From contig CAZNTG010000006.1 in the NCBI GenBank assembly GCA_964575955.1, forward strand, positions 64,001 through 128,000: DNA of 64,000 bases. The letters are read 5' to 3'. The notes under the pieces are model-generated. The model was given only the letters and a program-made list of their open reading frames with translations, ran no database searches and had not been told where the DNA came from. Both the position numbers and the translations under genes were made by a program. Of this stretch, positions 60,201 to 64,000 are shown in pieces. Position 1 is the first letter of the stretch. Each line of letters starts with the position of its first letter. The stretch is from an uncultured Thermoproteaceae archaeon. GTDB taxonomy: Archaea; Thermoproteota; Thermoprotei; Thermoproteales; Thermocladiaceae.

Positions 60201-61570
60201 TAGCCGTATAGGCCAACTGCTAATACTGTGAAGTTCTTTAATGTTGTGAAGTTTGGTAATGCTATGACTCCAAAGTTTGTTAGTGAGTATGGCTTTGTAA
60301 TTACATCAAGAGTCTTCATGTATTCTCCAGTTAGCTTAGTCATGTAGTAGATCTCGATTCTGTAATATACAGAGCTGAATGGCTTCTGAACTTTAACAAC
60401 TAGAGCTCTAAAGTGCTTGAACTGTGGTGGTGGTAATATCTCTAAACCTTCGTATAGTGCAGTTGTGTAGTAGATTGGTCCAAATGTACACTTTCCAATC
60501 ATGTTTGTAACAGTCTCATTATACATCAACTCTGGATAGATTACCTGCTTTCCTGTTGGTAGGTACTGTGTTACTGTAATCTTGTAGTAGTTACAGTATG
60601 TCTTCGTGTCATTAACAACTATGAAGAATGCCTGTATGTATGGTAGCCAGAATGCCTTCTCAACCCAGAATGGGAACTCCTCAACACCAAGACCATAGTA
60701 GTTGTATGTGTATAGTAGCTTTCCTGTTGCTGATTCATATATATTAACTATCTGTGTTGCTGGCGATAGCTTATATGGTAGGTTTGGAGTTACGTTAAGT
60801 CTTAGATACTTTGTCTTTGGAATATATATGTATATGTCGTATTTTGCATTCTTTGCGACTATATATGGTGTTCCATTGATGTAGATGTTTGCAAGTATGT
60901 CATTTGTATCAAGCTTATCTAATATGTGGTAGTATGTTGTACTGTTGATTACTGGTAGACCCATCTTTCCAGTCTCAATTCTTGATAATATTCTGAGAAC
61001 TGATACTAGTGGCATTGGTATTGCCGTTGTGAAGTTTGCAGCTAACCACCATTTACCCCAAGCTTTTACTAGGATTATGATTTTCCAAAATGCTATTAAG
61101 TTAATTATAGATTGTGGTACCTTCACTACGAAGAGTACTCCACCAGTACTGTTTGCTTCTGCTGTTACTGTTATATTTATTGGTGTTGGATATATCTCAA
61201 AGTAGTGTGTTGTAGTTTCGTAGTATGGTGTTGATGCATTAACTATGATTAGCTTAAATTCTTTACCTGCTGTGAAGTAGTAAGGTGATGCATTGTATAG
61301 GAATAGTTTGTATATGTTCTTACCATATAGTGCCTCCCATACCTGTGTAGGTATGCCGTGTATTGGTGGTATTCCTACAGTAATCATTAGTGATGGTGTG
61401 CCTGTTACATTTATTCTTGCATCTGTCATGTTTAGACTTATGTTATATATTAGTAGTTTTTCTGGTGTTGCGTGGACTATTGTTGTTATTCCTACTAGTC
61501 CTAATATTGTTACTAGTACTGCTAGAGTTGTTATTATTGCGAGTCTGTTTAAGGTGTTACTTTTGGGCAT
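54287..61570 (-). CDS. Giant cell-surface/S-layer glycoprotein (2427 aa)
   Basis: Signal peptide, T/V/Y/P-rich beta sequence with many NxS/T sequons, C-terminal TM followed by EYQHWRRKRL, strongly biased codon usage. Confidence 0.82.
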   Translation of the reverse strand: MPKSNTLNRLAIITTLAVLVTILGLVGITTIVHATPEKLLIYNISLNMTDARINVTGTPSLMITVGIPPIHGIPTQVWEALYGKNIYKLFLYNASPYYFTAGKEFKLIIVNASTPYYETTTHYFEIYPTPINITVTAEANSTGGVLFVVKVPQSIINLIAFWKIIILVKAWGKWWLAANFTTAIPMPLVSVLRILSRIETGKMGLPVINSTTYYHILDKLDTNDILANIYINGTPYIVAKNAKYDIYIYIPKTKYLRLNVTPNLPYKLSPATQIVNIYESATGKLLYTYNYYGLGVEEFPFWVEKAFWLPYIQAFFIVVNDTKTYCNYYKITVTQYLPTGKQVIYPELMYNETVTNMIGKCTFGPIYYTTALYEGLEILPPPQFKHFRALVVKVQKPFSSVYYRIEIYYMTKLTGEYMKTLDVITKPYSLTNFGVIALPNFTTLKNFTVLAVGLYGYAYNPKAVGIKYRLQPYAFVNVPKTTYILDTSKLRSLLGTKLPTELFNMLSYRWYEVTTTGKRIFISTGPENYATLVGTRYFDIYINESYIPKYVYRGPSFEIHHFYVEIYYHYDMVARFDITKLVNKTIFKMTEVKFPVSNVILKTSIVPVVIRIRRYVPGINVTAAPKLSITPILYRNMRVLIYRSMYIAAPGTLYANLSVTFSCDLDDAVAARPTYIAGALQLSPVIYLVTAAPVEYNITSLTSVRIIGPRTNETYYYYTVYVKYGPITIGVGEFAVGSYSRLVGTNVTAVNAWVWPVGGYKVLNVYKKSKIPNFSSMWNRTNKFYTVGGYWEGQAFPYTSTVPVITGVTAEKVTAVNLLVASAFVTVMTYFTTLYGKPLITALPAGVSATVSVVRYVAGKPEVIATVPARYVQQLLIPVPVTFKEGWPTVEKTKATYTFILNYAGYTLYAVNRTTGKPVKLTITQLLRGLTWTEIAFPIVYEWFKVESSSGVPLPGFVIQVFSTKTGEELWRAITNDQGLAYIGALPANRSVIVVVRTIIPKDDKKWFIEHINVNRTLAEYHNNYAEYASLILGYKPTEWVYTLGTRASLDAGLVANVTKITVPATVGKNIALRIVNIRKVPVYVVYNDSGKLVLLNTLPVYPCSVPLRCPVILYNLTLVINGTVYSKSSMANLVKLADFRMIGMNWAKERYEELAKSYRHDAEVALTKYEETGEDAWLKDYMVNMSYYVAAALIANASSSTPYALFYISPIFGAGNVWRVILPGQTYEAQVYYLGYKVFDNVITIPPYNMTYIVLPNGTTINVTKPITLTTMTGKKVTVKPGSIVIVSTVKPVTFKLYTRDNETLRHVFLGLLFADTLARTFTVHTGTALVNVLPIVNGFNTTNAIVGVPSIIGMYENETYENVTYILPSLMAVTGNEKYMPDTGIELLPNGSLGINMTLYYGMLHLVVYVNGKPTILNITSFASAKALRRSIPYGLPLSELLEAPYMIYKKTSALVSLSLSKVEKKKLIIRNVFKYDIGALYLMVNASDLYEITNLTVSMIAEYTSGGELKRVVLVSPVNITKAVEKILQTPRVLVMLVPVNHSKIYDIEKRVKIIIWVNGTGYGTLNITAGIWRGTPFNITETEVRVLQLPNGTVETTSLYLEKLLPGTAWRYYFGSPLLLLVNVDNGVVRIPLPEWTITTNVLRGAHIARIYIINETPRYVERNITCFPTSSGVVVCRYWTCGPFSSREYFGINVSEVSGVPYLIVKPRTYALLNFARMNVNVSKVYVGLTGEADVVERKAITLGPLTGATSTLIYNYATKNEKLFSVGVMPSVVTLNSIPETLIRFYNNNTFDIVVKSTTKPLVLPSKTNKTGEIAYLLGPTFLVNADAVPCLTYKSKMFVEYVPEPKIAYKYWPPSYTFYTPTMKKIVVTPDELVKYEIAINWTTRSDIYYAFTVYREPAVIRVNKLGVKVKVMSVSGGWVPVGKLFLGPEAIYGLSKVFGWNGKPIVNATVVVFDNVSRDLCHPMAITFIGPNGSLLSVLPYGARVMIFWYDSYVRYLFTVCRPRGDAPVASFSSYAVPIVIYDSAKQEDVQKLGNAQQNVSLVYTWVYSLVLQVLTKTGLPLKNAVVVVKDAATGGQYFYASAILNSTGGAVIRDIRTAFAGSVSSVPASNLLVDVFIPITSGGKTYLVPVLLNYPLSLQRGSTNPVFVTTVKVSTAYLKIPVTVQLQVPGVVTEPLAGAKVEVTEYVPAVTYATYGPYIVPNMKSLTTVKAATWTLTTGSSGTVTVSPVHVAALGATKLVVKVLSVNGLPLGYEETYELTPSSVVTPVITIPGAEVKVLAVSASGSPLNIASISVNCTYGGKVIYTGYGKGKLSFILPLPKNVATTPITCVAMATAPGNVKSKTYTIEISKPTTYELKVKVPVTGWWWPGVGYVSWQQIALWIVIIFIVIIIIVIGLIEYQHWRRKRLVSVLGPPSQR

Positions 61571-61620
61571 ATGACTCGGTACTGTGTTTGCTTGAGTTTA
61601 TTTTTAAGGTATACGCGTGG

Positions 61621-61656
61621 TACATGGTGTACTGTATGGTGAACTGTATGGTGTAC
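61621..61656. repeat. Three tandem 12-bp imperfect repeats
   Basis: tacatggtgtac / tgtatggtgaac / tgtatggtgtac, between two divergent TATA boxes. Confidence 0.8.
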
Positions 61657-61717
61657 GTGTATGTATTGTACACATGAATTAATTTTTATATTTAGGTCTT
61701 CTTTGAGGAGAGTGCGT

Positions 61718-62254
61718 ATGAGGTGTCTCCTGTTAGTACTAGACACATCTTGGAGAGGAGAATATCCAAATATAGTACAGGCATTGAAAGAGACTGGTAA
61801 TGATGTTGATGTTGGTATAGTGTCTCCAGATGTTGATGTTAACTATAGGTATGAGCTTGTATATGAGAAGTATGATGTTCAAGAGCTTGTAGATAGCTAT
61901 GATGCATTTGGCATTGTTGGTGGTTATAGACTATACTACATTACGTGTGGTAAGAGGTTTCCATGTAGAAAGTTGGAGTCTCCTAAGATAAATATGCAGG
62001 TTGTTGATGAAGTTGTTAAGAGAGCATTTGAGCAGAATAAGCTTATTATTGCTCCAATTGCAGCACCTGCATATCTTGCAAAACTTGGAATTTTGAAAGG
62101 TAGGAAAGCAACAGTATACCCAACTACAGATCTAATAAAGATACTTGTTGAGAATGGTGTTGAATTTGTTAATGATGTTGTTGTTAGAGATGGAAATGTT
62201 ATAACTCTAAAGAAGATAGATGTTGAAGAACTTAAGAAGAAGCTTGTAAGCTAG
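61718..62254 (+). CDS. DJ-1/PfpI-family protein
   Basis: YDAFGIVGG, GILKGRKATVYP, VVRDGNVIT. Start ATG 61718 after GAGGAG. Confidence 0.85.
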   Translation: MRCLLLVLDTSWRGEYPNIVQALKETGNDVDVGIVSPDVDVNYRYELVYEKYDVQELVDSYDAFGIVGGYRLYYITCGKRFPCRKLESPKINMQVVDEVVKRAFEQNKLIIAPIAAPAYLAKLGILKGRKATVYPTTDLIKILVENGVEFVNDVVVRDGNVITLKKIDVEELKKKLVS

Positions 62255-62257
62255 TTT

Positions 62258-63337
62258 GTGAGTGACGTGTTTAAACGATTAGAAATATTTGAAGTACCTA
62301 GTAAAGTATTTTTCGGACCTGGAGCTCTCAGCAGGGTTAGTCAGATAGTTCAGAATTGTTCTTGTGAGAAGATCCTACTATTAACAGGTAGGTGTAATAG
62401 TAGGAAGTATGCTGAAACTGTTCTTGAAAGTCTAGATAAGAGTTGTCAAGTTGAGATTGTTGAAAATGGAGATATTGTAGATGTTTTAAATCTATATGAG
62501 AAGTATAGAAATCAGGATATTGACATAATTATCGGTGTTGGAGGTGGTAAGGTTATTGATGTTGCTAAAGCATTGGCATATCTATTAGATACAGACGTTA
62601 TTTCTGTACCGACAACAGCTAGTCATGATGGAATATCTTCACCATATGTAGCATATCTACTACAACTTGATTTAAGAGAGAAGTTGGGAATATCTAAGGT
62701 GTATAAAGTTCCTAAAGCAATTGTTGCAGACACCGTGGCTATACTATCAGCACCTAGAAGATATCTTGTAGCTGGTATTGGTGAGATTCTCGGTAAGATT
62801 ATAGCTGTTAAAGATTGGGAACTTGCATATAGGATAAAGGGTGAAGAGTTTAGTGAATTTGCAGCTAGACTCTCAATATCTAGCTATGAGATAGTTGTTA
62901 ACAATATTGAAAAATTGAAAGTTCATAATGAGAACTCTGTAAGACTTGTAGTTAAAGCATTGATAGGATGTGGAGTTGCTATGGCAATAGCAGGATCATC
63001 AAGACCATGCAGTGGTTCAGAACACATGTTCTGTCATGCACTAGACCTACTAGCAAGACAACTAGGATTTAAACCACCACTACATGGTGAAGTTGTTGCC
63101 ATCGGAACATTAATGATGGCATATCTACATGGATTAAGGTGGAGAAAGTTGAAGAAGATAATGAAGATTGTTGGACTTCCACTAGACGTTAGAGAGATAG
63201 GACTTGATAGAGATATAATTATTGAAGCACTACTACTAGCACATAAGATAAGACCTGACAGATATACAATATTGGGATCAGATGGCTTAACAAGAACAGC
63301 TGCAGAACAGCTTGTAGATACTATCGGGATAGTCTAG
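62258..63337 (+). CDS. egsA: sn-glycerol-1-phosphate dehydrogenase
   Basis: GVGGGKVIDVAK, PTTASHDGISSP, GSSRPCSGSEH, HGEVV, RPDRYTIL. Confidence 0.96.
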   Translation: MSDVFKRLEIFEVPSKVFFGPGALSRVSQIVQNCSCEKILLLTGRCNSRKYAETVLESLDKSCQVEIVENGDIVDVLNLYEKYRNQDIDIIIGVGGGKVIDVAKALAYLLDTDVISVPTTASHDGISSPYVAYLLQLDLREKLGISKVYKVPKAIVADTVAILSAPRRYLVAGIGEILGKIIAVKDWELAYRIKGEEFSEFAARLSISSYEIVVNNIEKLKVHNENSVRLVVKALIGCGVAMAIAGSSRPCSGSEHMFCHALDLLARQLGFKPPLHGEVVAIGTLMMAYLHGLRWRKLKKIMKIVGLPLDVREIGLDRDIIIEALLLAHKIRPDRYTILGSDGLTRTAAEQLVDTIGIV

Positions 63338-63932
63338 ATTCTAGAACTACTCTGAGTATTGAGTTTGCTATAAGTTTAGCAATTCTAATAGGTTCAGGTC
63401 TCTTACCCTCATGTATAAATCTTGAAACTATACTTCTAATAAGTCTTGAAGATTCTTGAATACCTACAACTCTCACATATATATGATATCCATCTCTAAC
63501 ATAGATCTTCAATGGATTTGGAAGATTCCTAAACATACTCAACTTCTTCTCAGCAACTTCCTTAGGAAAGAGTTTACGTATTGCAGATTCAACATCACCT
63601 TCAATATCTTCAAATGTTATTGATATTATTGGAAGTTTAACCTCTTCATAAATCCTCTTGAGATCTACAATATTATACCAAGAGATTATACATCCATCAA
63701 TCATTAAGAAATGTATATCATTTCTACCTAATCTTCTAAACATTCTAATTATAGATTCTGTAGCATCATCACCACCGACAGTACAGGTATCGACTACAAC
63801 ACCATCAACAATACCATCACTCCTACATACAACACCACACAATATAGATTTTGGATATTGAAGTACAAAACTTTCAGCAATTCCAAGTGCTCTAATAGCC
63901 TTCTTACCAAGTATAGACTCTATCTTAGACAC
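63321..63932 (-). CDS. DUF99-family (endonuclease V/dU-like) protein
   Basis: LGIAESF, VGGDDAT, GCIISWYNIVD, PEPIRIAKLIA. Confidence 0.85.
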   Translation of the reverse strand: MSKIESILGKKAIRALGIAESFVLQYPKSILCGVVCRSDGIVDGVVVDTCTVGGDDATESIIRMFRRLGRNDIHFLMIDGCIISWYNIVDLKRIYEEVKLPIISITFEDIEGDVESAIRKLFPKEVAEKKLSMFRNLPNPLKIYVRDGYHIYVRVVGIQESSRLIRSIVSRFIHEGKRPEPIRIAKLIANSILRVVLESRLSR

Positions 63933-64000
63933 TTATCTAGAGATGTAGCTTAATCCTTTAATCCTACCTACACAATCTACATAACATGGCTAGAGTTGAT

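Noticed and set aside
61621-61671. Possible mini-CRISPR array
   Set aside because: Units are 12 bp and directly tandem, with no spacers and no cas genes.
54733-61746. Many 60-136 aa ORFs within or beside the S-layer gene
   Set aside because: Antisense or off-frame shadows produced by the gene's codon bias; no independent motifs or promoters.
63933-64000. Possible gene end at the right edge
   Set aside because: Too short to assign a frame or product.

Overview
AT-rich, gene-dense chromosomal window from a thermophilic archaeon. It is most likely a Thermoproteota/Thermoproteales-like lineage (inference from S30e, the Gar1/TFB/S8e/SRP19 cluster, the N-terminally extended S17, a giant C-terminally anchored S-layer protein and many apparently leaderless genes behind TATA boxes). 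Most genes are housekeeping: ribosomal proteins, GatD, ArgRS, exosome Rrp41/42, XPD, SufC/SufBD, Cgi121, G1P dehydrogenase. I also read one tRNA-Leu(GAG), four box C/D guide sRNAs and three CDSs missing from the ORF track (partial RsmB/NOP, S30e, a 34-aa Glu/Trp peptide). Most notable: (i) a hexulose-6-phosphate synthase fused to a degenerate aldehyde:ferredoxin oxidoreductase-like Fe-S domain; (ii) a methanopterin/methanofuran C1 cluster (ftr, mch, fwdC, RimK/MptN-like, DHPS-like) plus F420 genes; (iii) a tRNA-abutting locus with a VirB11/TadA-type ATPase divergent from a putative VirB2-like pilin and a large membrane protein (Ced/Ted-like); (iv) a stand-alone beta-rich protein with an Arg6 tail that may have a jelly-roll capsid-like fold. 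I saw no CRISPR array, rRNA, transposase or integrase. All assignments come from reading motifs; no database searches were run.
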